Shown piece by piece: positions 45,001-58,424 of a stretch of DNA of 64,000 bases. Source of the DNA: Hyphochytrium catenoides (lineage: Eukaryota; Protista; Hyphochytriomycota); contig FLMG01000943.1 in NCBI GenBank assembly GCA_900088475.1, positions 1 through 64,000 on the forward strand, written 5' to 3'. Within the stretch, counting starts at the first letter, position 1. The number at the start of each line of letters is the position of its first letter. Under the pieces are notes generated by a model. It was not told the DNA's origin, ran no database searches, and worked only from the letters and a program-made list of their open reading frames with translations. The position numbers and the translations under genes are program-made.

Positions 45001-47601
45001 GTAACACTTTAGGCCCACCCTCTTCAGCGACTGGAGGAGATCCAGACGGATAGGCTAGCCTAGCTGGGTCACTAGGGAGCCATAGTCCGAACTCTGCGCC
45101 ACGTTCAGCAGGACCAAGAAATGTCAATTGTTCCTTGTAAACAAATCGCAGGAGTTAATTCATACATGCAGAACAATGGGTGGCAACTTAGTCTTGTATA
45201 TATATATATAAAGGAATAGGACTTGTAGATCCGGGAAGAAAGGTGCTACGTGGCGTAAGAAATTGAAGTAAAGGAAAAAGGTTCTATCCGTGATTACCGG
45301 TTGAATAGGAAGCCAGAGGGATCATAAAATAAACAACATACAGAAGTTAAGGACTTCACTCCCTCAGCTTTGCTTGGAAGCAGGAGGACTTAACGGAGGT
45401 TGCATAGCGATTAGGCGCCGTGTAAGATACCAACAGCGTTAAGTTGCAACCTTTTACCGTGGAAGGAGGACAAAAGACAGTAGTAAGCTGTTTCTTGTTG
45501 CACCTACCGTGGAGGCTGTCTTTTTGTGACATGTGGCTGGCTGTACTTCACTGTCAAGAGTCCAAAATTCCGGCGGGGTCGAACTTAATAGCATTCGACA
45601 CCACGCGTCAACTTTTTGGTATAGGGCGCTTCGCGCTAGAGAGATCTTCAGTACTGGAGACTCCATTGAGAGGTCAAAATGTGCCAGAATGTTCCCTTTC
45701 ACTACCTCTACTTCTTCCAAGAGACGCTAAGATAAACAAGTAAGAGTCAGCTACGCAGCTCAGACATGCCACGTAGTACCATATTAGGTTGATCCTCCCC
45801 TTTACCTCCAGGCTGTGCCTATGGGTACCTACTGCCGCCGAAGGGCAAGTCTTGCTGACTTGCTCCAATGTCCTAATCAGAAGAATGGTCCTCGCCGCTA
45901 CCTCTTTGCAGGTGGCCTCAGCCTGTTCGATGAAGGACATCGTCATATCCCTTCGACGATCCAAGACATGAGGAGGACAAGGGTTTGAGCTAGGCGTAGA
46001 ATGACAGTTAACATATCAGTCAACTATCTGAGCTCAAGAAGACAGGAATCTCAAATTACCACTCCTCCCCGCATAAGATGAGACCAAAATTGAGCGCATT
46101 TTGCGATGTGGGCGACGGCTCGCACTATAGGAAATGGCAAAGGATTAGCTGTGAGCTGACAAATGAGCTTTAGGAGCATGCCACTTACAAAGGTAAGGTC
46201 CACATCCTGAATCTTGGGAAGTCGCAGGCTGACAGCGACCTCATCATTTAGCTTGGCGACTTCCTCTAGCTTCGAAGCCCAGCTGTCTCGACTCTCCTCA
46301 TCCTTGTATAGTGGCATGGCATTTGGGGGTTGCAATAAAGAAGAGAGGTTGGTCATGAATTAAGGCGACAGGCGGCTTCAGGCCTAGGTAAAAAACCCGT
46401 TAGAAGAGGACACCTACCGTAGCAAAGACCGTTATCTTTCTATCCACGTTCACAATAGTAAAACCATAAGATAGCTGTTGCAAAATGGGTGTTAGATCGT
46501 AAATGACGGTTGAAGGAGCGGAAATAACAGACGTAAAAAGGTGATGTGGCTAATCGTTCCTGTCTAATGGCAATACTGCCCCTAAGCAGTGAATGAAACT
46601 AGACAGGAGAAGAAGCAACAAGCGGGACGAAGATCTCAATGATAGAGCTTTTCCACCTCCTGTGATTGGGTGCCTCCTTGAGTCGCCGCCCCATTTAGCC
46701 GAACAATGACAGTTGAATAGTTGATAGGGATCTCTGCTTGCAGCAGGAGGTTATCGTCCGCTTTGAAGTCGGAAAATATCCCACTGTCTAGGAGCACGAA
46801 GTACCGCAACTTCAGCCGCTTAGTGATTTGGCCTTCCTCGTATAACCAGCCCTCCTAGTAGTGAAACAATCGATCAGTTGACGTTAGCAAGGCGTCATCG
46901 ACGACCGGAGGTGGCTAGATTGACGGCAATCAACCTTTAGGTAGGCTCCCTAGGCTGCGTCAGTTGAGCTCTTACAGCGCCTGCCATATTACGTCAAGTA
47001 AGGGATGGCCTCCCCCACACTAGCTCACCTTCACGAGGTTACCCTCAGGCAGTAGATTAATGAGCAAAGTTCTTTGTGTTTGCCTCAACTGCAAAGCTTG
47101 ACTTTCGCCTATTGGCAGCCAGTTAGCGTGAAAGGAAATGTAAGCAGAATGTTCTATAGATGCTGGATCCTTACTTAGTATCTGCCTTCCAGCGCTTGCG
47201 GTTGGCTCAGGCGTACCGGAGGGCTGTGTTAGCTCTCTAACCCGGATCCACCTTCGCCTCCTCCACATATGATATGGTTTCATGTTGTCGTTACTCTTGC
47301 CGCGAGCAAGATTTAGATTCATCCTCCCTACATTCAGGCCATAGCTCCAACCTTCATTGTCACAGTCGGTATATTGTTTGTCAATCGTCCAGCTTCCAGT
47401 CCATCGCCATCCAGGCTCAAGCTGAACCACACGGTCAAGATTTTCGGTCTGTGCAACTAGCAAACACCCCGCGCGGTTATAGAGAGACATGCTCTGTACG
47501 TCTAAGGACTGGGGGTTTCCCCATTGCTGTTGAAGAATATAGAACTTCTGCTGCTCGAAGAGCTCCTCCGTGACAGTTTCCATTCTGCCTTGTGCTTCCA
47601 T
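42060..47601 (-). CDS. Fab1/PIKfyve-like phosphatidylinositol phosphate kinase with N-terminal DysF and PH domains (multi-exon; middle exons not fully resolved)
   Basis: Kinase motifs GGKSGASFAK, RFLIK, LLARVIGMY, RFDLKG and VVGIIDYLRRYDWMKRVE...PEIYRKRF. DysF motif FEQQ...GWRWTGSWTID...DNEGWSYG...WRRRRWIR. PH motif KEGWLYEEG...RYFVL...DEESRDSW. Confidence 0.85.
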
Positions 47602-48517
47602 AACTTCTTGAGGCCTTACTTCCTTCAACCCGGATTTGAGCCCTTGCTTCCTTCAACCGGATATGTGTCGCTCCTTGGTGCCGGCCCTTGTACTAATCTC
47701 GGCTCAGTATAGAACTAGTTAGCTGCATCTGGGCTCTCGAAAAGATGAGACTTGGTCCTCCTCTTCAAACCACGCTACTCAGTCTTTTCTCCCAAACCCG
47801 ACACTCCTAGGCCCTCATCCCGTCGGAACAGGGAAAAAGAGGTACTGATGTCCCCTCTCGAGAGCTGAGGACAGCGTTCGGTCACCAGCAGCAAATGCGA
47901 CTTCCCATCTTATTAGATGCCGAACTGGATCTCGGGCCCTATTCCCTCTTGAGCATCGTTCATTGCATCAACTCAATGATGGTGCAAAAGCTTGCTGATC
48001 TCTTCCTTTCTTCCCTGACACACCATGAGCAGAACAGGAGGAAGGTGAGAATCTGTCTGCATGCAAAAGCATAAGAACCGAAAAGTCTTGCAGACACCTG
48101 ATCCTTCGCCCTCCTAAAAGTTCCAGCCCCATGTGAATGTTTACTTGGAAATCTATCAGTGAAGATATTTAGGCAGATATTGCTATCACAATGTTTCTTT
48201 CAAAAATGACTGCCCACGTGTATCTTTCAATGGCTCTTAGTGGTTGGGACCAGTTGTTGCTTGCCGTCCCATCAGAATCGCTCGATCACCTGATGAGCCT
48301 TGAGCCATCATTGACAGTGCCAGCCATTTGAGTGTGGTCATGCCTCATGCCTGGGTCATCTTTAGCTCCCAGTGTGAAGCTCAATCAGACACACTGCGTT
48401 GCCAATAGATAGAACGACCTGCTTCTCATAGCTATAGAACGTGAGGTCAGGATCCGTGGGCTGTTGAAGCCAAGCTGCTTCCTTGTTAGAAGGTATGCCG
48501 AAGTATTGACTAAGGGA

Positions 48518-51381
48518 ATGGCTGGAGGACGAAGAGGCCCAAAGCGGAGCACCAGATCTACCGCGCCCCCGCACGGTATGAGTGGTTCAGAAGTAGAAGC
48601 TAACTTCAGCCAAAGCAAAAGACGCCAAAGAGCGCATGGGGGGAAAGAGTCTCGTACCGAGGAGCTCAAAATTCAGGTGGAAGAAGTCGATTCAGTTGAT
48701 GATGCCCAGGATGCCGACGATAACGAAGATACCGAAGTAAGCTATTCCATAGAGCAGGAGGACGAGGAAGAGGATGAGGACGAGGTCTTCAGAAAGTACG
48801 AGTGGCATTTTGACATGCTCAATGATCAGGAAAGGATCACAAAATTCAAGACTGCTGTCAGAGCTAATATTACAGCCCTTCAGAATGGCTTGCAGCGGCC
48901 TCCCAAAGTACTGGATATTGGCGCTGGCTCAGGACTGCTCAGCCTCATTGCTGCGGAGGCTGGGGCACAAGAGGTCATTGCCGTAGAGGCAGACCCCACC
49001 CTTGCTGATATCGCAGCCCAAATCGTCACGGGAAGTAAGTTCAAGGACAAGATAAAGCTACATAACACACAGTCAACCGATCTTCGTTTGCCAGCCAGTT
49101 CGAGAAATCATAAAAGAAAAAGGAGGAAAAGCTCTGGAGAAGGAAGCCAAGGGGAGGAAACCCCACGGTCGGACCTTCTGGTATCAGAAGTGTTGGACTC
49201 CGGATTGCTAGGGGAACAGTGGCTGAGAACTCTGCGCGATGCCCTTGACCGCCTCCTCTACAGACCGTCGACTGTTCCATATCCGTCTTTGAGTTTAAGA
49301 GTAATACCTTACAGTGCCAGGGTTTACGGGCAGCTGGTTTCGTGCCCTGACAGCATATACATGCAACATTTGTCAGTTGAGGCTCTTAGCTTAGAATTGC
49401 CTGCAAAGTACCAGACAGAAGCTTGCCCCGGACTTAGCTCTCCTGTTTATATGCATTGTCTGAGAATGATTGAGGAGGGGAAAATGGACCTAGTCTCCCA
49501 GCCTTTCAAAGCTTTGGACTTTGATTTCACAGAACCGCCAGGTATGTTAGAGCTCACCTTTGCCATTGTGTTCTTATCCTTCTCTTCCCCAAATGTACAC
49601 ATGTGGTTAGCTGTCGTAACTAGACAGTCAGTAATGCCACCCTCAATCTTGACAGAGGTACCTTGCCAGTATTCAACCGACCTTTGTTCCGTCTTGTCTG
49701 CATGAGCACCATCTATTGCCTCTGCGGCTGCCCATTGAGACAGCGGCATCATTCCTGTCGGACGAAGCAATGCCGAAATCCTTCAGCGTCCTCTCCTATC
49801 ATCGCTTGAATGCACTTTTCTCGTAACTCTCTATTTTGTATCTTCTGCGCTGCGGTCGGCTAAGTCCTCCGTTCTCGTCTAGGGCCTAGTGGTAGATATG
49901 CAAGGCTCACTGTCCCCCTCACCAAAAAAAACCAGACGGTTCACGGAGTTCTATTCTGGTGGGAGGTAGAGCTTAGTCCCCTCTGTCCTGCCATGTCTCT
50001 CTCCACTGCAATTGGTAAAAATGGCACCCGAGATCATTGGCGGCAGGCTTTGAGCATCTTCCACCGTCCTATAGTATGTGGCAAGGCCGAGCAACCTATC
50101 TCTTCTGTGGAGGTTCTCGTTGCACACAATGATGCGGAGATATGGTTCAATGGTATCCCCTCCGCCGTAGATGACTATGGGGGAGAAGAAAAAGGGAAGA
50201 AGTGGAGAAGAGGCGAAGCAGAGCCAGATTCTTTGGATAGTTACAGGTTATGTGATGGCGCCCCACCTACGCCGGACTGCGAGTGTGGGCTTCACTCGGT
50301 GCTCAGCATGAGAAGACTGTGGCAGCTTAATGACGGAGTACGCAACCGGAGATTGAAAACCGCTTTGGGGGAAGCTCTAGCCCTTACGCCTCCTTCTTCT
50401 CTTTGTGTTGATGTTAGCGATGGATCTCTTTTAGCTCTCTACGCCTCTGATTTAGGAGCCAGCAAAATCTTCACTGTCGAGAATTCAGACGGAGGGAGGG
50501 CAGTGTGGAAAAAGATAATTCGAGCCAACCCCACACTTTTGTCCACAATAACTGTCCTGAAGTCTTCTGAGCAACTGAAGAAGGGCGATAAGATCGGTCT
50601 ATTGTTGAGCGAGCCCTACTACGAAGCCACAGAAAGTGGCTGGAGTCTGGAGCCTGCGCTTAACTTTTGGCATCAAAGAACTACGTTGGCCAACCAGTTA
50701 CATAAGAACGTAAGGGACCTGCCGCCATGTAAAGAGAGTGATTTTAGGCCTGCTGCTATGCTGGCTACTCAGGCGCACCGAATGCCGCATCTACCTACCA
50801 CCTCCTTCTTACTTGCTGTCTATGCTTCTTCTATTCACATTGATTCCCTGATTTACCCATTTTCTTTCTCGCAGGTTGTCGTCTTTCCCGCTCGCGCCCG
50901 ACTAATGGCAGCACTTCTAGAAGCAGATGGACTTTGGAACACAAGGAAGCCGCTGGCTTCAGTTGAAGGCTTTGACCACACTGCCTTTAATGTGTTACAA
51001 TCCCTGCACACACACACATATTCACTTCCTTTATGGATGTATTCGCATCGTTTGCTCTCTGATCCTCAAGTGGTTGGCGATCTGGACTTCAGCTCACCTA
51101 TGGAGGCGGGTAGACAGCAGTGTCAGCTGGCTGCAGCAAGAAGTGGACGCGTTCACGGAGCGGTATTATGGCTGGAGTACCAATACGGCCCATCTGCCAC
51201 TCTGTGTCCTCTTACGGGCAGTAAGTTTACAGGCAGAGGGTTCACCGAACCCTCACCCGATAATCAAGGAATCCATTTTTTGGACCAGCCAGAAGACGTG
51301 AAGGGAGGAGAGCTTTATGACGTCGTTTTTAGTCTCGATATAGAGATGGGAGAAGCACTAATTGGGATTCAGCGAGCGTAG
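48518..51381 (+). CDS. PRMT7: Protein arginine N-methyltransferase 7 (exons 48518-49541, 49883-50709, 50875-51381)
   Basis: WHFDMLNDQER, motif I VLDIGAGSGLLSL, short double-E loop SEVLDSGLLGE and DHWRQA, with a second degenerate PRMT module (CECGLH...QLNDGVRN...LLSEPYY). The tandem duplication is typical of PRMT7. Confidence 0.9.
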
Positions 51382-51600
51382 ATGGCAAGATTGTGCCCAC
51401 TCTAGCATCAAGAGAAGATCCTACGGAGAGAGACCACTTTCACATTACTCTTTGACGCGGGTTTAAGAATTATTATAGCTTACTTATGAGACTCCGGACT
51501 CTTCTTAGTTCCACAGCCGACTCCGGAATAAGACATCTCGTCTTCTCTTATATGATAAGTCTAGAATGAGTGGCACGAGCACAGTGGGAATGGTAACAGA

Positions 51601-54600
51601 CTAGGAGGAGAAGAACATTTTGTGGCTTGGTGACGGAGACAAGCCACCTGTAGCGCCGTTCACTGCCTCCATCAGAAGGAAAGCCAGAGGCAGCTCAAAA
51701 GCCTGGAAGTACCAGATGAGATTCCAGAATATGGTTGGCGACTTCTGTACAAAAGAGGGCGAGCAAACAGCCTTTGCCCCATCCGTAACGATAATCGTTT
51801 GTACCTCCTTCTTCAATACCCATGGGCTGAGGAATTCGCAGTAGAGAGGAGAGCGTGGGCCAGTAGAGCCCATCCAAGAGTCTGAGGAAGAGAAGACAGA
51901 GAATCGTGCCACGAAGCGCTGAGATTGGTCTGTAGTCCGGCAATGAGGACAGCTAGTTGTATAGTCGTTGGGATTGCATGTCCAACCATCCTAAGGAGGA
52001 GGAAAATGGAAAGTAAGGTGCAAGCTGGTTAAGAAACAATTGGCCACTCCGTATCACCCCTCCTGTCCCCATCTATTCTTCATCCGCCATGACAATCGGT
52101 CTTTGAGGAGGAAAGTATCGTGTTATGGGCTCCCTGAGTCCTATCGTCCATATGCGCGACATTGTACCCGAAACCCACCTTACCTTGATATGGATGGCAG
52201 TCAGAGACTTCTCACAGTTAGGGCAGGTCTCTCTCTCTACGTTGATGGATAGATCAGGAAAGAGTTGCTTCAACATAAAGTCGCCCATCTGAAGAAAGAA
52301 GGTGAGTTAAGATAAGCATCAAACGTCAAGGTTTACAGAAACCCCAGCGTCAAAATACTTATGGTATCATATAGATGTTTTTAAAAAGTGACCGAGAGGT
52401 TGGCAATAACGTTCGACACCAAGGAGACCACGTTCTTTCGACATTAAGAGTAACAGAGGACGACACTGCAAGTCGCAAAGCTGGAGCACCTGCAGCTGAA
52501 GCAGCTGGGAAGTGGACAATCTCGCTCCTCGTTTATCATAAAAGACGTCAGACCGACGGCCATTTCTGAGACTTTCTCGTCGCTCCTTCGGCGCCTCTTT
52601 GGGCAACCTTGATGGAGAGTCTCCTCGTTCTGGAGATGAGGACGAAGAACCGAAAAAGGAAAGGCTGGGAAGACTGTATCGACCCCCGCCTCCTCCATAA
52701 GAGCGAAAGCTATCAACCTTCTCTCTACGATGGGATACCCTGTGTGGAGCCATAATCACTGAGAATTAGGGTTGGGATGGATCGGTATTCTATAGGGAGA
52801 TGGTTTAACCTACGCCTTTGAGATACGCTCTATAATCGAGAAGGATCTAGAGCTGCCCTCAATATCACTCGAGCCCCCAGTTCTCCCGCTCCTCTGCAGT
52901 TACGAGACCAGGAATCACGTTAGAGTGAGGTGTTGCGGCGGGATGTAACGGTAAGAGATAGCTGAAGTCCAGAGGTCTTCTGGGGATAAATAAAATCAAC
53001 TGGTGGACCGACGGAGAAAAGAGAGAGAGAATGAGATTCAAAAACTCGTGGCAAACGAGACGAGGCAAAACACTATATTGCAGAGTGAGAGACCATGGAC
53101 TCCGTCTGCGCGTTCCAGTTCATAGTCAGCGGTAAAGATGCGTTAATGTCTCCGTTCATAGCGAACGCTCTGATAAGACAGCTGTAAACCGCAGAATCTG
53201 GTTGAATACCAGCGGAATACATGGCTTCAAGGACCTGAAGAGGGCCAGAGACGGATGCTTGGTGAAAAGACACGGATTGTGCGAAAACGACAAAGAGAGC
53301 AGATCATATGAACAAATTTTGAATGGGCCCAATGAGACGTCAGGCTTAATTGGCCATACCTTCATCGCTCGTTCTGTGTTGCCCGCTCTGCCACAAGCGT
53401 CAATAAGTGAGCGATAAACGAGCTCTTGCGGCTGAACATGCTCCTCTGCCATGCGAGAGAGGACCTCAAAAGCCACATTTAGAAGATTCTGTGAGGTCTA
53501 GAAGCAATGAGTTAGAAACGGATGGAGACGGATTCGCAATAGAATGGAGCAGGAGGTGTTGCCAGCCCCAAGTAGCCAAAAGAGGAGCAATTGACGTAGA
53601 ACGTTATATCCGCCGAAAAACGAAAATGTCGAGGCAGACCTACGACAAGCATGTCGGGGAATAGAGCGGAATAGCGAGATCGGCTGAGGTGAGACGATAA
53701 AGAGCACGGCCAGCCAAAGGATCATCATGGTGAGGGCGATAAACTGGAAAGAGTCTGGATCGGCATTGAGAAAGATATCTTGAAGTACGGATCCATTAAA
53801 GTTTTCTACCAGTTGCTTGAGCTCTTGCTTAGAATCCTTGCTTCTTCTCCGGAAAGATGCAGCCTGACGAGAGAAGAAGGCGCTGATGGAGTTCTCCGAA
53901 GAGGCTGGAACCGTAAGGCTTAGGCCCGACCCTCTCGAGGCCAGATCCTTTTCGCCTTTGGCCCTGTCGGATGCAAGTTCCTTTTCCCTTGCAGAAACTG
54001 ATTTTTTTAGCGGAGAAGCTCTTCCATGTTCTTCTCTCGCTCCAAAAACTGATCCAACCTCTATAGCGGGTAGGGGCTTCTTGAGAGGGGAGCCTCCTTT
54101 TCCGCATTCTGGACTTTCCGATGTTTGATCCATAATGACCGCAGAATTATCATCTGCGGTCACAGGTGTTGCTATTTGCGTGACTGCTACCTTACTCTGG
54201 GTTTCTCCCACTTCATCTGTCACAACTGGCAGGGATGGAGGCTTAGAGACGACAGAGGTCATCTCACTGATGTCGAACGGGATATCTTCTGCAGCGACTC
54301 CCTCCTGGTCGCTCACTGGCGAACTTGACTTGTCTGTCCCGTGGGCACTGGTGACAAAGTTCGGGTCTTCTGCCATCGACAGAACAGGCTCAGTTCTCCC
54401 ACGACCGTCGCCAGTGGCATCAGAAACATCCCTTGATGTTTGTAGCGGGTTTGATTTAGAAGAAGACGATAAGGCTGGCGAAGCAATGGCACTGTTCCAA
54501 GCTTGATCACCAGTTTCCGGCCTCGAATCGGTTATCATTCCCAAAGAACCTATGTCAGGGGCACCGGAAATCGCAGTAGAAGTCAGATTCAATGGCAGAT

Positions 54601-57600
54601 AAGATAGAAAACGTGCAAGGTTGACAGATAGTTTGGAGCTACGGTCAAAGTTTCCAATTTGTCTAACTTTAGTTGTCGTTCGTACCTGAGCTAGCAATTG
54701 GCGTTCTCTCTAAGCGTCCGCTGCTCTTGGTCTTCTCGCTAGCCATAGGGCTTTCTCTCTCTATCGCAGAGTCGGATGCCTATTTGTCATGACATATGAG
54801 GATGGGTGAGGCAGTTACCCTCAATCATACCAAAGCATTCCCAACAGTTTTAATCGACAGAGGGCTTACAGCCAGACGTGGCCGATCCGAACCCGAGGAT
54901 AGTCGCAGCGTGAGCCCGTGAAGATTCTTATATAGATAGGCCAACTCCTTACCGCAGTTACAAACCCAATGCTGGAACAGAAAGTGAGGAAGAAGGTGCA
55001 ATACACTGTGGCCGGAAACGATTCGTTCTCAGCTTCCGACTCTTCAGCAGCCAAGACATTTAGATTATGCCTAGAAATGATATAGAACTTAGTGACATAA
55101 GCGCATGTACCTATAGCCACATCTGTGTAGCAGTTGGTAAGGCTGAGAGAAAGCAAGCAAGATCCACAAGGACGGTCTGTCGCATGGAAACCGGCCATTT
55201 TGGGGCGTGTTCAACAAGCTCTATAAACAGGTTATACTCCGTCCTCGACCTCACTCACTCTCGAAGTTTGGGCTTCAGGTCCGTCTTGGAGAGCAATGGG
55301 GGAATCGGGCGCGGTTCTATGAAATTACTTTCATCCAGCTACAGATATTGCGGGCAGTGAAGCGTAGGCAAGGAGTATTAGAGCCAGGATCTAAGTCGTT
55401 CTGGTCAATAGGAGTATGATCCCAACAGAGATTGCGAGCAAGAATAGTGGCCGAGATTGAGTTCTTACCTTAGGGAAGCGTGGATAATAGTAAGAAGATT
55501 TATTAAGGTTGGCGAGGTTCAGATGAGGTGCCACAACTGTTTTGGTCGAGTCGAAGTCGTGCGAATCCAGAAACGGAGTCTCACGCTATAAAGAGTTGAA
55601 TGAGAGGCAAACCATGTTAGAGGCAGGCAAGTAGGAAAGAAAACCCTTCATTCTCGAGAGGAGGAGCTGACATCAACACTCAAGCATATGTCGCTCAACC
55701 GAGCACAAATAACCATACAGTGATGATAGCAACAATGCAAGAAGGAATTCTTTCTTTCCTGGGTGGAGAACAAATAGACAAAAGTTACAAAGTTCGTCAG
55801 AGTAGTAGGCCAAGTAGGCTCTACCTTATTCAACCGCAGCTTGGACCTATTTTGCTTTGATTCGATAGACTCATCGAAGAAGAGGACATCGTAGTCGTTA
55901 GGGTCTTGATGGATACGGTCATCTATGAAGTTCTGAAATGCCTAAGAATGGAAAAAAGAAGAGGCACGCAGTTAGTGCCCAATCCTACTTCACATTAGCG
56001 CTCTGTAGCCCCGCCCCTTTAGGTAACAAGATCAGTAAAAAGGAGGCTCCCGATAGCTATCAAGACTAACAGCACAGAAGGGGACAGACTTCAAGGTTTG
56101 GTATGAGGTGAAACAGAAAAAGGTCTCAAGTATGGCGTGAAACAGCACAAGGTGTCGAGACGATAAGTAGTGAGATGCTAGAAGCTGCTCCGACAGCGGG
56201 CAAGAATGGCCACGCGATAGAGCGTGGGTTATCCACTTCAATGTGAGGCCCACGAAGGACAAAGGCCATAAAATACCCCCTACCTGTGTCGCAAAAAGCT
56301 GCTTCATGAAGTCATAATCATCCTCATCAAAAGTCTTTAGAAATTCTTGGACGTTGATAAATTGCGGTGGTGAAGGGTTGGCCTTCGTGGGAAATATGAG
56401 ATGTTTTCTATAGTCTTTGAGCATTGATATAAAGAAGCGTAAAAAGGCTTCACGAACGGCAAGCCAATTATAGCTGTCCGGCCGAATGCTGCCTTCACCC
56501 TCCTCCACGTCGCATGGTCTAGTAAGGAAAAAGATACAAGACATTCGGAAGGGACGGAGAGAGTTAGGGAACGAAAACAATATCACGAGCAGTAGCGTTG
56601 ATGGATGAAGGAGACACTTACCGCACGGCATTAGGGAAGGCGCTATCTAGTTCAGGTAGCACCAGTTCCTGCCACTTTTCTCCCCTGTCCGCAAAGACAT
56701 TCGCATTCTCACTGAGAATTTTTAGAAGCTTAGCCTTACTCTTTCCAGGCAATGCAGGAATGTAGAGGTCCTCTGGGATAAGGATCTCGTTTCGGTCCAA
56801 GTTCACACGGACAACGGAGTCAGGAATCTCAGTCCAAGCGGAAGTCTCCATGAAGGACGAGTGAACTCCCACTAGGAATGGCATGGGTGCATTTAAAACC
56901 CCTATCAGTGAGAGAGGGACAACAGGAATATACACGTGCGCGAAGGACAGCGGGTATAGAAGAGAACAGAGGACTTCCGCGGTAGCCCCTAACGCCGATA
57001 GCTGGCTACTGTACATCAGAACCTGGAGTTTGAAAGGCAAAAAAGTGAGATTTGATTGTGTGTCGTAGAACCATAACACACACGCAAATATCGGACCGAC
57101 GGATGCAGATATCCCACCAACCCACATGAACACGATGTACCTGCTTCTCTAACAGTAAACATGTGAAGAGAACAAGTATATTCTCCAAGTCCAAGCACTG
57201 GAATCCAACCTCAAAGGGAAGAGGACTTAGCTGCAAAGGGTTATTAGCAGGAGGTCTTTGGAATGTCAACGTGATGTCTCCTATGGAATATTGAATCTGC
57301 GCTCTACCCTGGGGGGGACATGGCACTTCCGACATGAAGTTGCATATATACCGTTCCATTGGTGCGGGCAGAGGCATCAGAGAGAGGCGGTAGAGTTGGG
57401 TGAGGTACTTCCTATACTCGGTTATGAACGGCCATTGAGACAATATGCAGATGCACTTTGGCTCGAAGACGCCAGAGCATCTGGCAAAGTATGGGCAGGT
57501 ATGACAGATTGAGGAGATCAGAGTACGGTGTGAGTAGTTGGCTGCAGGCAGATCTCGGACAATTATTGTAGGCCAACACGCATAAATACAGGCATAGTGG

Positions 57601-58424
57601 CAATTTGGTGGGCTGCAGTATCCCGATGAGTAAAGAGAGGCCCTACGAAAAACAGCGACAAGCACCACTTTGAAGAATGCCATTGGGGCAGGGGGGCGGT
57701 ATGACTTACAAGCAGTCCTCTTTATGCTCGACATCCTCAGTTTTAAGCGGGGCTGCTCCTTGAGCTTCTTGGTATACAGTTGGGAGCCTTTCGCCTTGGA
57801 TCTTATCATGCTGTCCGTCCAACTCGCCGTCCTCTTCCTCCTCCCCGTCCTCGTCCAATGGTTTGCTCGTAAGTCCAGCCATAATCTTTCGCATCTGGTT
57901 ACAATGGCGCGGAAGAAGTTTCTCATAGAATGTAATGCAGCAGCCATAGAGGCGCTGTCCTACACCAGACGTTGAGACGAAGGTGAAGTAGCGGGGAGTG
58001 GGTGGATTTTTTGTCAGCTTCAAGCCATTTGGGAAACAAAATAGCGCCACTCCTGAAGGAAATGGTGATCCTTCATGGTCTTTAATGGGAAACCTATCAG
58101 TTACTTCGGCAGCAAAGCCAAGGTCCAAAACCTGGCTCAGAGACCGCTCGCATGGCTTAACCGGATGGCCTGATGGTGAGACAGGAACCTGATTGGGGGT
58201 GTAGAAAGGTTATACAAAGTGTCAATCCATTGTAGATGGTGCTGCAGTCAACTAACAGTCCGGAGAGGTTGCTTGAGACGCTAAGGATGGTGCAAAAAAG
58301 TTGCCGATGCTAAGGATGGTGCAAAACGAATAGCTTAACGCCCGCTCACCATATCTCCGCCAATGCCAGTGGTGACAAAGTATTCTGACAAGTGGGCATT
58401 TTTCTTGTTAGTGGGAGAGAACAT
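51601..58424 (-). CDS. DENND4-like Rab GEF (uDENN-cDENN-dDENN, PPR repeats, conserved C-terminus), multi-exon
   Basis: uDENN DRFPIKDH..ALFCFPNG..YGCCITFYE; cDENN PKCICILSQWPF, YIPVVP..LNAPMPFLVGVH; dDENN VREAFLRFFISMLKDY; PPR VYRSLIDACGRAGNTERA...PDSAVYSCLIRA; C-terminal EFLSPWVLKKEV...PTIFWNLIWYF..ELP. Confidence 0.9.

Noticed and set aside
47618-47662. Repeat cttccttcaacc(c)ggat x2 just upstream of the PIP kinase ATG
   Set aside because: A simple local tandem duplication with two copies only; not CRISPR-like and no evidence of function.
58280-58326. Repeat gctaaggatggtgcaaaa x2 in DENN intron 1
   Set aside because: A short slippage duplication with no poly(A) or terminal inverted repeats.
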